From Vicugna vicugna (taxonomy: Eukaryota): a DNA stretch of 64,000 nucleotides. Shown here one piece after another: positions 32,301 through 44,136 of the stretch. Both the position numbers and the translations under genes were made by a program. The notes below the pieces were generated by a model. It was not told where the DNA came from. It worked only from the letters and a program-made list of their open reading frames with translations, and searched no databases. Within the stretch, counting starts at the first letter, position 1. Each line of letters begins with the position of its first letter. The stretch spans positions 124,001-188,000 of the forward strand of contig MU060486.1 in assembly GCA_013265495.1 (NCBI GenBank). Direction: 5' to 3'.

Positions 32301-35300
32301 TGCTGCTACTCAGCTAAGACTTAATCCTGTCCTCCCCCCATCTCCCGGCTGGGGTCTGAGCCGGAGACATCGCTGACACACAGGTTTCTAATCCCCAGGT
32401 GTGGGGAGGCCACTCTGGCTGTGTGAGCCTTGCTGGGGGTGCCCTGGCCAAGCTGAATGGCCCAGGGACAGAGGAAACAGCTTGCCTGGGCCCCAGAGTG
32501 GGGCGGGGTCACTTTAGAGATGAGAGCATGAGGGCCCCCCAGGAGAAGGCCCAGCAGACAGAGCAGACGGGACCAGCCTCCTCCCCTCCCCGGCCAGCGA
32601 CGGGGCAGGGAGGGGAGGCTAACTGGCTAGAGCACTGAGGGTGGCTTCCTGCTCACAGGAAGACCTTTTTGCTGGAAATCAGTGGCCCTGAGGATGAGGA
32701 CGAGGACTGGACATGCTGCCCGGGGACTCTGGCCCAAGTCCGCATCTGACCAGACACACTGCTGACCCCCGTGGAGACGACACACCACGACGGCGCACTA
32801 AGGTCTGAGATCTGAAGACGAAGGATGAAGCAAAGCAGCTGCTTCCCCTACACTTCCTCACAACACTGGGGCTTTAAAAACCTGCTTATCAGAAAGCGAG
32901 GTCGGTCAGGGGCAGACAAATAACCCACGGAGTTTCAGCTCCACACGGAGGCCCAGGGCTGGGAGAATGGCGGCCCTGCTGCTCGCCACACAGGGACCAC
33001 GTGGAATCTGACCAGGGCCACAACTGGGGCATCACTTAAATGGGCCACTTATTCTGAAAAAGAACTTCAGGACAGAATGAAAAATAAACTTTGACAATGA
33101 AATTAAACCTACATTTCTGATTAGCATTTTGCACAAGCACGGAATTCAAGTCAAGCCACTGCCAGAGGCCCCGCCGCCCCCACCCCCAGCCCCGCTCACC
33201 TGGGCAAGCCCCCGAGGTCCAGCTCACTGCAGACGTAGGGGCCCGGACGCAGGATCACCCACAGCCCGACCTCCGCGGCCAGCAGGACGAAGGCCCTAGG
33301 GAGCCAGAGTCACCAGCGCTCAGGCCTCAGAGCTGAGGAGGGCATGGCCCGCCACCACCACGGTGGGCAGAGCCCCGCAACCCCTCCTTACCTGCCCTCC
33401 TCTCACCTGGGGGGGCACTAAGGGCAGGACTCAGCTCCCCCTACAGAGCAGGGGACACCCCCACCAGGTCACAGCAGAGACCCCCAGCCTAGGACGTCTG
33501 CACAGCCCTCTGGGGCAAGAGAAGGGGCACAGAGGGGTACGGGGGTCCGACAGGGAGACTGGCCCGGATGGCCTTGCGGCCTTGGAGGGGCAGCCCCCGT
33601 CCCCGCCCAGGCGGCCAGAACGCATGGACCGCACTGCAGAGGGGGGCCCACCCCGGGGACGGGAACGGACACCTCTGGGCATGGGGAGGTGGCCTGGGCC
33701 CTGGGAGTAACAGGGTCACCACGGGAGCGAGTCCCCCGGGTCTGGGAACAGGCTCCAGACCCCAGTCTCTCTCTGGCTCTTGGGGAGCAGAGTGCAGATG
33801 ACCGCGGTCCCCGCCCGCCCCAAGGAGCACCCCCCCCGCCCCGCCCCGCCCCGCAGGGTCGCGGGCGCAGCAGCAGCACCTACTCCAGGTCCAGGTTCCC
33901 GGAGAAGTCGAACTTGCCTCTTTCTGGCTCGTGGAGGTTCCATGGGACGTAGCTGTGGCAGGAAAGAGAATTATAGGCATGAGCTGTTCATTTATTCCAC
34001 TTCATCTCCCTAAAGATTAGCGCTTTTTATCCCCAAAACCCGTCATGACGGTTGAAGATGTGTTTCCTAGGTGCACTGTCTTAATGGTGTCAGCACTGGA
34101 ACCGAGAACTAACTGAGGAGATTTAGGGACCACAGAGAAGCCAGGGCAAGCCACCTCCTGGGTGGGGGGAAACAGGCCGCAGGGGAGCCCGAGCGCGTCC
34201 CCCTCCCTCCCAGCCAGAGAAGTCGCTTCAGAGGAAACCCAGTTAAACGGAGGGTAAGAGGAACCCTCAATCATCAGCCCATGTTTGCCGCCGCCTCCAG
34301 AATCCCAAACCCAGTGACAGAATGGAGGTTCTTACTCTAAAGAGAAGACAAGGACACGAAGCAGGTCCTTTAAGGGACCCCGCTCAGGAGGCAGAGGCAT
34401 GTAGTCACATGTGATAACAGTAAGGATGGCAGCTCCTCTCCTGGACCGCCCACCCCCCCGCCCCCGCTGTGGTGGAGCCTCCTCCCCTGCCAAGCCTGCA
34501 CAGGTACAGGGAGAGGCTTGCCAGCTTCCAGTTCAGACTCAAGAGATTATACAGATTATCTGGCTTTTATAAAGCAAAATGCTCACCCTGCAGTCTTGCC
34601 ACCGGCTCCATGAGCCCTACCACATGAGGACATCCCCCCTCCCAGATCAGAACTCACATTTGCAATAAAAGGACCCTATTAGGTAGTCTTCCTAGAAAAT
34701 TACACACTTTGTTCAGCTATGCTGTCCTAGCTCAGACCATCCCTGTAACTCTTTTTAGAACTGTCTTCAAAGCCAGTCCACAAACCACCAAGAGGCCCGG
34801 GACGCAGACCCCAGGACCTCTCCCAGGAAAGCGGCCTGGTGGCTGGGGCGGCTGCACTTACGTGGTCAGGGTGTTCAAGCCGCAGGCCCTCAGCTTCAGC
34901 AGGCGGTCCCTCCAGTACTCGCGGGGCACCCGGAAGTAGTGGATGGAGCCCCCAAAGATCCAGAAGGTGGAGTCCTCCAGCATGAAGTTCTGGCCTTTGG
35001 CCTGCAGCCCCGAGTGCCGGTGTCTCAGCCACGTGGGGACCAGGCCGCGCCAGCTCCACCTGCAAGGAGAGCAGTCGTCGGACGCCCATCCTGGGGGGTG
35101 AGCTGGTGTCCAGGCAGTTAGAGTGCAGCCAGAACAGGCTTCCTCTTGCCCGGCGTCCAGCTCCACACCCTCACCCTCCGGCCCGTGCACAAGACACACG
35201 CGGTGTTTCACACGGAGAATGTGCTCACAGCAGGGAGGATGGGTCACACTGCACAGGGAGGGGTTCTAGGGCTGAGAAGCTGCCTGTGGGTGCTGGGACT

Positions 35301-38300
35301 CGGGGGGGACTCGGGGGAGGACGCGGCTTCCTATGATGGCCAGCCTGACAAGGCCATCTGACTAAACATTGAAGCAGTGGCTGCTTGGAACAGTACCTCC
35401 GAGCCACCTCATGGTCACAGCTGCCGGGCGTGAGGGGCAGAGACCTGGAAAGAGGCACCTGGTTAGGAACGGTGTCAGCTCTTGACCAGATTCCAGGTCT
35501 TACTGTGACCTGAAGATGGAGTGTTGGCCTAGGGACAAGCCGGCAGGACAGGGAGCCCCAGGGCGGGTTTGGGGGACGCTGGAAAGTCTTGATCCTGGAA
35601 GAAGCACCTCTTGGCATCCAGCGGTTTGGCCATGGGGAGGCCCTCAAACTGACCCTGAGACTCAGGGCTCCAAGAATCCCTCCTTCTCTGCTGCGCCCCG
35701 TCTCCTGACGGCCAGAGGGAGCAGCGAGAGAGGTGGGAGCAGGAGTTTCCAGCCAGGAGTTTCAGAAAGTTGGAGACACACAACCAGAGCGAGTGTATCC
35801 GGTGCGAGAGCAGATTTTCCTTTGCTTTAAAAGCCCCTAAACCACTCTGGTCTTTCCACTCATTTTGAAACAATGGCTAAAACCACACGCTGGTTGAAAC
35901 AGTCACATGAGAACCAGAAGTCCTGACTCCAGACTCCCCTCCAGGACGGCTCCTCCTGCAGCGCCTCGGGTGGAGGCCCTGGGCGGACCCGCAGGCCCAC
36001 GGCCAACACCCACTGACCTTGCAGGCGGGCCCCTCTCCAGCTCTGGGTGCCCCCGTCTCTGCCACCAGCACCAGCACCGGCCTCCTTCTCCCACGTGCCA
36101 GTGGCTTCTCCTCCACCTACAAGGCCAAGGGCCTCAGCTCTGACTGTCCACATGCACACTCTGTGCTGTGGAGCAGCCAGGGCCCTGCTGCTCACTGGCC
36201 GCAGTCTTTAACGGTTCACACTTCAGCAACTGCATGTGGCACACACACACAGCTGCTTGCACGAGCGTGAGCTCCTCAGAAAGCCCGCTCCCATCCCGCC
36301 AAAGCCCCTCCGAGCACCCAGCCCTGGGAGGACCCCGACACCTGCGGCCTCCGCCGCCCAGGCAAGCCGGGGAGGACAGCTCCAGTCCTGAGAGCTGCAG
36401 GGAGTCACGCACACAGCCACACGTGCGTGCGTGAGCACACGCGCACACACACACACACACGGCAGGCCGGCTCTGCAGCAGGGACCATGCAGCTCGAGGG
36501 CCCCACACTCAGGAGGCTCCCGTGAGAGTGAGCTTGGGGCCTGACAAGCAACCCCACACCCTGATGGCACAAGACGTGGCTAGAGTGGCCACCATGTCAC
36601 CACATGCAAACATATCCCCACCCTGAAAGTCTTAGTGATGCTTAAACGAGGCCGCCGTTTTCATCACGTGCTGGGCCCCACTGGGCAGCCGGCTTCATGA
36701 CGGCAGAGGACAGCGGCCGAGTGCACAGGTAACTGCTGAACGAAGAACCCACCTAAACCACCTAAACCACCTAAACCAGCTGGACAGAGCCGGAGGGGAC
36801 TTCGTGGAGAAGAGGGCGCTTGAACCCAGAGATACAAGAACACACAGTAAACCGGGGGCAACAGCACAGACGTGAAGGCCAGTGTCCTCGGGGAACGGCC
36901 AGCAGACGGGAGGGAGAGGGTGTAGATGGTCCACTCCAGCCCGCTGGCCTCACCACACCGCCAGCGCCTGGTCCTCGCCGGGTCCGTCCAGAGGTGCGGA
37001 TGCTTCCCCCCGATGGCAGTGGCCATGTGTCCACTGACGCCAGTCATGAAAGGCTGGGCGGTACCTTGTATACTTTTCTGTCCGTGTCCTTTCTCCAGTC
37101 ACTTGTTTCTATTGTGTTTTGTGTAGTAACAGACTGGGAAGCATCGCTTTGGACGGGAACCGTGGGCGGGCCTGGGGGCACTGCGACACATGGATGGACG
37201 GCAGGCTCGCTGACCAGGGCACCTGCCTTCTCTCCGGCCGGAGCTCATATTAACACCTTCTGAATTCCTGTTGCCTTTGTCTTTGCTTCGTTGTGGGTGA
37301 GCAGCCTCTCGGTCCTAGAACAACCTGGACAGCGGGCCTCAACCCCGACCTGATCGTCCTCTGGACTATTCTGCTCTGTCTGCAGCCTCCTGAGAGGCTC
37401 CTGGCAGGAGGTCCTGTGTCAGGACCCCGGCGGGGCCTCACACAGCCTCACAGTCTCCGCGATCCTGTCACTGGCACCCCTTCTGCAGGCACAGCGCAGG
37501 CTTTGCCAGGGAAACGTGGAGCAGAGAGTGGTGCTCCTGGCTCCTGGAGCAGGGGTGTCATCGGAAGGGGACAGGTGGGGGGGGGGGGAGAGGGAGGGGG
37601 GAGGGCGAAGAGAAGCCTGCTCGTACTTCACACCATCCTTGAGGACAGAGGGCACGGTCTGCAGGTCACGGGATGTGGTCAGAGGGACTGAGTGGACATG
37701 TTTGGTTGAAAATGGGCAGATGAGCAGGTGACAATGTCACAGCACCCCTCCCATGAGCCGGGCCCACAAGTGGGCTCCCAGCCAGGACAGGGAAGGGCCA
37801 GACCCCATCCCCTCCTTGAACAAAGTGTGCTAATCAGGACAGGCCTGGAGCGCCCCCTGCCCTGCCGCAGGGCGTCCCTGTGTCCCCTGTAGGTGCAGCA
37901 AATGGTGACCACGACTGGGTCGGGGTGGGATAGGCGGGCCTGCCATGGGGTCACACAGACGGGCCCAGATCCAGCCAGGCTGGCATCCACGCACCCAGAA
38001 GCAGCGGAGACAGCGTCATCAAGCCTGCAGGGCATTTGTCTCCAGCAGCGGCAGGGCAGCACTCACACAATTTCAGGCCGACCAAGGCTGTGGACAAGCT
38101 GGTACGTGAGGTAGGAACCTGCAGCAATGGTCCTCAGTTCGGTTCCCAGAACCTGAGTCCCTGCTGGTCCTGAGGGTTGAGTGGTTTGGTTCCACACGTA
38201 ACATGCACTTGCTAATCTGAGATGATGACTTAACAAACCCAATTTCCAGGTGCTCTGGGATCCACTAGGGCCCCTAAGCAGAGGGTCAATGGAATCTGGG

Positions 38301-41300
38301 TCGAAGGCATCGTACTAAAGATGCTGACCAAGAACGCTGTCACCTCTCCACCCGTCCAAGTGGCCGGGTTCACTCAGACGGACACGTTAAACTGCCTGGA
38401 CGACACATCCTCACTTGGGTCCTAAATACAAATTTCTGTCCACCACTCTCAAGATTCTGATGTGGCTCCAATTTCCTTGGCCACCCCAACCCCCTGAACT
38501 GCCCACCGGGGATGTCTGGGCCTTGCCTTCAGCCCTGTACATGCCCCCTCAGCTGGGGAAGGAGGGACCGCCCACTCCCTGGCCCCAGCCGGTGTCCCTA
38601 ATGCCTCTGCTCCAAAAGACTGCCTCCTGGATCAACCCTTGGGCCCCAAGGACTTCGGCCCCGGGAGACGGAACTCTGTGTGCAGGCCTGGCCCAGCTTC
38701 CTGGATGTGCTCCTTGGCCTGGGCCCGAGGCTCTGGCTCCTCCTTTGCTGGGAGAGGTACTGAATACTTCCAAAGAGCTTGGCCTTCCGTCCAAAGCAGG
38801 CCACTGATTCCGCGGGGATGCCCGGTCGTCCTGCAGCACCACTCAGGTCTGTGGCGCGGCTGTGGCTCCAGGAAGGCCCCAGGCACGCCAGGCACCGGCC
38901 GGCACCAGGCTGCGGCAGGTCAGGTGGGGCCACATCTAGAGACCACAGGGCTCTCTGCGCAAACAAGCGTGTACCAGAGAAAGGCTTGAGATCCCCTTGT
39001 GAAATGACGATATCTCCTCCTTAGTGATCACCCACACAACAACCACAAAAGTGACCTGACGTTACAAGCCGCCGCGCTCTTTCTTTGGGAAAAATTTCCA
39101 TTGCCAGCATCGTAAACAGAAGGAGTGCCACGTCTGAGCCCCGGGGGAGAGGACGGCTCTGTAAGATAACCCCAAGGGCTCCCCTGAAGACGGGCTTCCA
39201 CACTGGGAGACGCCTGCGGAGTCGGAAAGGAAGGACTTCATCAAACAGGGACAACGTGGTGAACAGCCTTTAAAATCCACTACATGGGGCCGACAGACCT
39301 GGGTACGTAAGAGCGGGGCTCGTTCTTACAAGACGCTCTGAGCACAGACAAACAGATTTCCCCGTCAGGTTCAGAGCGCAGCCCGATCCAACAGAAACAG
39401 AACATGCTGTTGATTTACTTACCCTAACTTATTTTTACTTACTTCAGATGTCCGTCAGGATTTAAAATGAGTATCCCCCAGGGTCAGCCATTCTAGGCAC
39501 AGAAATACACCCAACAGATACTCCCTGCAACATTGCAGCAACCGACGCCCAGGAGGAGGGCTGCTTGAATAAGCCTGAGCCTCGGACGCAAGGGGAGACG
39601 CTACAGCTGCCGGCCTCTGTGCGGGGCCCCAAGAGAAGCGGCTGCTGGGCCCTCCTCCGGTGGGGGAAAGGGCGCCCAGGGGCCAGGAGCGGCAGAAGCT
39701 CATTTTATTCAGCTATTCCATCCTCTTCACAGATGACGCAGGCGCAAAGTAAACTTGGCATGAACACACAATGTGCTTCTGTAAGGGGGGCCCGGCCACC
39801 GTCCTGCAGCAGGTACCAACCCACAGTCACCACCCGAGACCCCCTCAAGACAGGCCTGCCTCCCCACTATGGGCCTCTGGGGACCCCACCCCGCCCTTCC
39901 ATCCCAGGAGGGGCCCCTCCCCAGGGGACTCTCTGCCAACACAGCCTTTAATATCCAGGCAATCAATTTAAGCAAAAAGTAAAATGGAGTGGAGAGGAAG
40001 CAGCAGACGCCCCCTCTCCAAAAGAACTCGGCAGGATCAAGGGGGTGGGCGGGGGGCGGACTCCAGAGTCCTTGGCAGGTACTACATGTTCCGAAAAGAT
40101 CTCTCTAAGCTCCAGCATCTCCCAAATCTGCATCAGAAGAGCACTCAAGGCGACATAATGGAAGATGAAAAGCTTTTATCTCACCAGCCCCTTACCTGCA
40201 CTAAGAGGGAGAGAACTCCTTGGCCAACTTCCCGATACCTGTGGCTCCTTAGTGCTGAGTTCCCAGTGGTCTCCTGGGACAACACACCCTCACTGTCCGC
40301 ATGCTTGCTGAGACCCTCTGGTCCCCTATAGCTGCCGGCTCGGACTGTCCCAAGACTCTCAGAGCCCACGCCACCCTCCGGCCCAGGGTGGCTCAGACAC
40401 CTCCTCCCCACCTGTGCCACTGCCTCGGGTGCGAGCTTCCCCCCGGGGGTCAGAGGGGTGGCACTTCCACTGCCAGATGAATAGGACAGCGTGCAGAGAG
40501 TCCCCCCTCCCCCCGGGAACGCAACTCAGGCCTCATGCACAGAGCCCAGAACAGGCAAAACTCATCAAATCAGTGACCTCTCAGGAGCCCAGGATGAGAG
40601 GCAGAGCTGTGCACTTGCCCTTCGAAGACAGACTGGCCATGATTCGGCCCAAACAAAGTGACCTGGTTCTGTGGCTGAGTGACCCATCTACCCTGAGGGG
40701 TCTGCGGGGTCCTTGTCCTCTGAGAGGATCTGGGGTCTGAGATCCAAACAGTGCTGGGGCAGGGGAGACACGAACCCACCAGAGAAGGTGAGAGGTGTGT
40801 GGTCTAACTGACGGCCTCCTCTGCTGACTCTGCCAGCTAAGCGCTCAGATGTGACGGGTGCTGAGCTAACCAGACCACTGCTCAGGGACGCACTGATACT
40901 GAAAGAAAGCCCTGAGCGGGCACCACGCCCTGACAACACCGGCTTGCATCCCTCTGTCCAGGCAGCTGGAAGAGGCAGGAGAGGGAGGCCCAGAGCCGTG
41001 GTCCCCCGACACAGACCCACGCGTCCTGGACCTCAGACAACATGCTGACAGAGGAGGCCAACGAGACAGAGGATGTACCTCAGGGTCACACTTCTGAAAA
41101 ACTCTACAAAATGCAAACTAATGTGTGGCGGCAGAAAGCAGCACGTCACGGCTGGGGAGGTGGGTGCAGGGAGACGCCAGGGCCGCGCAAGCACTTTCTG
41201 GGGCTGATGGGTACTTTCACTATCTTCACTGCAGCGGTGGGTCCATGGGTGGGTCCACACATCAAAACCTGGCAGATTCTCCCTGCCAAACACGTGGTTA

Positions 41301-44136
41301 TTGCATGACGATCACCCTGCAATCAAGGTAACTTTTTAAAAGACCTTTCTTCAACTAAAAACCAAAGGGTAAAATCTTCCTGAAAAGTCCTCATGGTCCT
41401 CCTGTTTCTTGGATATGATGTAATCAAACAGCTGTGATTGACCATGAGCCAGCCCAAGGTAAAGATCATTTTTAAAAAGTGCAGCACTATNNNNNNNNNN
41501 NNNNNNNNNNNNNNNNNNNNNNNNNNNNNNNNNNNNNNNNNNNNNNNNNNNNNNNNNNNNNNNNNNNNNNNNNNNNNNNNNNNNNNNNNNNNNNNNNNNN
41601 NNNNNNNNNNNNNNNNNNNNNNNNNNNNNNNNNNNNNNNNNNNNNNNNNNNNNNNGTGAAGTAAGCCAGAAAGAGAAAGAAAAATACCATATGATATCAC
41701 TTATATGTGGGATCTAAAAAAAGAAAAAAGAAGACATGAATGAGCTTATCCACAAAACAGAAACAGACTCATACACATAGTAAACAAACTTATGGTTACA
41801 GCAGAAGGGAAGGGCGTGGGAAGGGATAAATTGGGAGTTTGAAATTTTCAGATACTAACTACTATATATAAAATAGATAAGCAAGTTTCTTCTGTAGAGC
41901 ACAGGGAACAATGTTCAATATCTTGAAGTAACTTATGATGAAAACGAATACATGTATGTACATGTATGACTGAAACAGTATGCTGTGCACCAGAAATTGA
42001 CATATTGTAAACTGAATATACTTAAATTAAAAAAAACACACACACAAAAGCTGCAGCCAAGCAGCCCCTCCCCCATCCAAATACCTGCCTCTGATCCTGA
42101 CAGCTTCGCCCCACAAAGTCACCAGCCGAGTAGCCAGTCCCCAGGAGACCTCTGTCCCACTGGCCACACCCACATCCCCAACACCAGCTGGCAGAGGCCC
42201 CACCTCCCACTCAGTCAATGACCCAGTCAACCTAGAGAAGGGCAGGGAGAGGAAGCCACAAAGGATGTTCTGCTTAGGCCCCCAGACGTAATCCCTGGTG
42301 TCCAGCGCAAGCTGGGTGGAAGGCCCCCCAGGAGGGTGATGCAGTCCAAAAGACACCCGGAAGACGAGTCATCCAGAGGACACTAAGAGGCGGCCCTGAG
42401 CTAGGTTCAGAGCCTCTCTGGCCTCTGTCTTACCTGCTCAGAAAGAAGGCTCAGCGGGAAAAACACCTTTCCTAAGCATCTCCCACCGCTTCCGGGGCTC
42501 AAGACACAGCCGTTCTTTCTCTGTGGCTCTTCCCAGCAGCCCCACGAGCCCCGACCAACTCCTACTGAGGCCACTCCACCGGGGCACATGTTCACTCACC
42601 CTGAGAGCCCAGGCTTCCTCATGGCCACTCGGCTGCCTGACACCTTGCCCTCTATCCTGCCAGACACCCACAAGCACCCACCCCCACTTCCCCTGGATGG
42701 CCAGGGTGTACCACCTGCCTGTCTCAGGCCCCTCAGAGCCACCCCCCAGTGACCTGTCTGGGTCCCCTGCAGAACTGCCACGTCCTTGACCTCCAACAGT
42801 GGGCACAGCACATGCTCCCTGCACACTTCTGGCCTTTCTTCCTGGGGGACTGGTTCCTGGACATCCTGCCGTAGGCCACAGGTGCTGAGGAATCCCCCTG
42901 GGTTTTGCATCAGCCTCGCAACTACAGGTGCCAGGACCAGTCAACCAGGAAGGGGTAAGTGGCCACAGACAGGAAAGAAGACATCTTGGGAACAAGTGGA
43001 AAACAAAATACCCCCTTAAATCTTCTGGGCCCCAGCGTGAGAAGCGCACCATCTCCTTCTCCCAAACAACACCGTGACGTCCTACGTCCTAAACAAAGAC
43101 GACACCTAGGTCTTGGAAAGGGGTAATGGGAAGAGTTAGGGGCCCTCCATCAAAAGTGTCCCTCCCTATCTCCCGGAGGAAGTCCAGAGAACCTCCGACG
43201 GGGACAGAGAAGAAGCAAAAGATAAAGCCGAGGGTGGCATGCCTGCCGCCAGGTCCAAGGGCTCAGCCTTCAGCTGCAACACTAACTTTCCTGCCAACGC
43301 ACTGGATACTGCGGCCTGCCTTCCCAGCAACACCAGAGGTTTTGAATATGGAAAGTGCGAGTCATTGACCTCAAAGATAAGGTCAGGGCTGTAGCATCCT
43401 ATAAACAGACACAGTTTAGGAAAATTTGGGGCTCCAGCATCCACACTGGCTGTGGGTAAATTATTCTATCACTAAATGCACCCCCAAACATTTTGTAAGG
43501 GGCTAGTGCGGAGGGGTAAGCCGGTGACTGGTGGGAGAGTGGAGAGAGAAGGCTCATCAATCCTAGAACAGGGCAAATACACCCAGGGTAGGATCTTGGA
43601 GGACCCTTGGGACAGCGTCCTCGTGACTGCACTGGGCAGGCCACATTGACCTTAGTGTGAGCCCTGGAGCTCTGGCCTCTGCCGAACAGAGAAGCCTAGC
43701 ACTAGGCTTGGCAGGAAATGTGGGGACCTGGGAGAAGAGCAGAGGGGGCTCCGCAGGAAGACTAGGGGTGCGCAGCTCTGGGGACGTTGGAGAGGGGTCT
43801 GAAGGCCAGTTCTGCAGACCTCCCCAGCCCTGAGCACAGACGCCCGGGGGCCGGGAGCGCAGCACCTGGCGTCACCCAGGCCGCTGGGAGCGCAGAGGGA
43901 CCGGGTGCCGGCGCTCCAGATCAGAGAGGCTGGAGGGCGGGTCCCGTGGGGACTCGGGCTTCGCGGGCGGCGGTGCGCGGGCTCATGGGCTGGCTCCCCG
44001 GTGCGAGGGGAGGCGAGAACGCAGGTGTGCAGGGCTGGGAGTCTGCTCACCTGCGGAGCACCAAGAAGCTCAAGGTGACCAGCAGCAGCAGTCCGAGTGT
44101 GCGGCCCGGCCGCCGCCGAACGCTCCACGTGGGCAT
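14249..44136 (-). CDS. GLB1L2: Beta-galactosidase-1-like protein 2 (GH35), 19 coding exons, 636 aa
   Basis: Exon lengths 86,198,69,96,109,93,82,71,85,138,81,107,141,72,79,88,112,117,87 sum to 1911 nt in frame. GH35 motifs present: [32 protein letters not shown] (acid/base Glu), VMEYWTGWF (nucleophile Glu), [10 protein letters not shown]. Confidence 0.97.
14524..14640 (-). CDS. GLB1L2: GLB1L2 exon 18
   Basis: [39 protein letters not shown]; ttaaag| and |GTGGGG. Confidence 0.95.
15004..15115 (-). CDS. GLB1L2: GLB1L2 exon 17
   Basis: [37 protein letters not shown]; ccatag| and |GTTTGT. Confidence 0.93.
15350..15437 (-). CDS. GLB1L2: GLB1L2 exon 16
   Basis: [28 protein letters not shown]; ccacag| and |GTCGGT. 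Confidence 0.94.
16604..16682 (-). CDS. GLB1L2: GLB1L2 exon 15
   Basis: [26 protein letters not shown]; tggcag| and |GTGAGT. Confidence 0.95.
16932..17003 (-). CDS. GLB1L2: GLB1L2 exon 14
   Basis: [24 protein letters not shown]; tggcag| and |GTGTGC. Confidence 0.94.
17200..17340 (-). CDS. GLB1L2: GLB1L2 exon 13
   Basis: [47 protein letters not shown]; gtgcag| and |GTAGGA. Confidence 0.95.
17867..17973 (-). CDS. GLB1L2: GLB1L2 exon 12
   Basis: [35 protein letters not shown]; gtcgcag| and |GTGAGA. Confidence 0.94.
18367..18447 (-). CDS. GLB1L2: GLB1L2 exon 11
   Basis: [27 protein letters not shown]; tcttgcag| and |GTACCT. Confidence 0.95.
18914..19051 (-). CDS. GLB1L2: GLB1L2 exon 10 (ends at a GC donor)
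   Basis: [45 protein letters not shown]; ccgccag| acceptor; donor TACG|GCAAGT. Confidence 0.93.
19073..19166. repeat. Degenerate (GA)n purine tract
   Basis: About 94 nt, almost all A/G on +. Confidence 0.9.
20268..20352 (-). CDS. GLB1L2: GLB1L2 exon 9 (nucleophile MEYW)
   Basis: [28 protein letters not shown]; gcgcag| and |GTGAGT. Confidence 0.95.
22957..23027 (-). CDS. GLB1L2: GLB1L2 exon 8
   Basis: [24 protein letters not shown]; cctgcag| and |GTGAGT. Confidence 0.94.
24420..25480. promoter_or_regulatory. Intragenic CpG island in GLB1L2 intron 7 with clustered GC boxes
   Basis: CpG density by eye is similar to the promoter island; multiple GGGCGG/CCGCCC at 25090-25250; CACGTCAC near 24908. 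Confidence 0.65.
26023..26104 (-). CDS. GLB1L2: GLB1L2 exon 7
   Basis: [27 protein letters not shown]; tcacag| and |GTACTT. Confidence 0.95.
26696..26788 (-). CDS. GLB1L2: GLB1L2 exon 6 (acid/base ENE motif)
   Basis: [31 protein letters not shown]; ccccag| and |GTAAGC. Confidence 0.96.
28351..28557. mobile_element. Unclassified ~207-bp palindromic MITE-like insertion in L1 ORF1
   Basis: Imperfect inverted arms 28363-28398 and 28514-28549 (31/36 identical); internal GGTCCTGTCCAAAA subrepeats; GTCC direct repeat on both flanks; L1 sequence resumes on either side. Confidence 0.7.
29586..29645. repeat. Compound (TG)n/(CA)n/(TA)n microsatellite inside L1
   Basis: gtgtgtgtgtgtatgtgtgtatacacacatacacatatatatacatacatatatat. 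Confidence 0.9.
30503..30590. mobile_element. MER53-like MITE, one arm
   Basis: catttatactaaaaaaaattt...cttatctgaaaatcacatttaaccgggtatcctctgttttatttgcc resembles the recalled MER53 half-consensus. Confidence 0.6.
31178..31286 (-). CDS. GLB1L2: GLB1L2 exon 5
   Basis: [36 protein letters not shown]; ttcaag| and |GTAAGG. Confidence 0.95.
31478..31602. repeat. 23-bp minisatellite, about 5.4 copies
   Basis: Unit CACAGCCCCGTGCCCCCTGAGGT at 31478, 31501, 31524 (degenerate), 31548, 31571 and 31594 (partial). Confidence 0.85.
33200..33295 (-). CDS. GLB1L2: GLB1L2 exon 4
   Basis: [31 protein letters not shown]; cctag| and |GTGAGC. Confidence 0.95.
33884..33952 (-). CDS. GLB1L2: GLB1L2 exon 3
   Basis: [22 protein letters not shown]; ccacag| and |GTAGGT. 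Confidence 0.95.
34862..35059 (-). CDS. GLB1L2: GLB1L2 exon 2
   Basis: ...[41 protein letters not shown]; ccttgcag| acceptor, |GTAAGT donor. Confidence 0.96.
36437..36460. repeat. (CA)n microsatellite
   Basis: cacacgcgcacacacacacacacac. Confidence 0.8.
36749..36778. repeat. (CCACCTAAA)3 tandem repeat
   Basis: Three perfect 9-mers plus cca. Confidence 0.9.
41481..42040 (+). mobile_element. Young 5'-truncated LINE-1 3' end (camelid-like), spanning the assembly gap
   Basis: gtgaagtaagccagaaagagaaag...ccatatgatatcacttatatgtgg...tgactgaaacagtatgctgtgcaccagaaattgaca... followed by an A tail. Confidence 0.85.
41491..41655. other. Assembly gap (165 N)
   Basis: Run of n directly visible. Confidence 0.99.

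Noticed and set aside
34040-34051. 12-bp palindrome CCGTCATGACGG
   Set aside because: A few of this length are expected by chance in 64 kb
41323-41700. ORFs containing X runs
   Set aside because: Artefacts of translating the N gap
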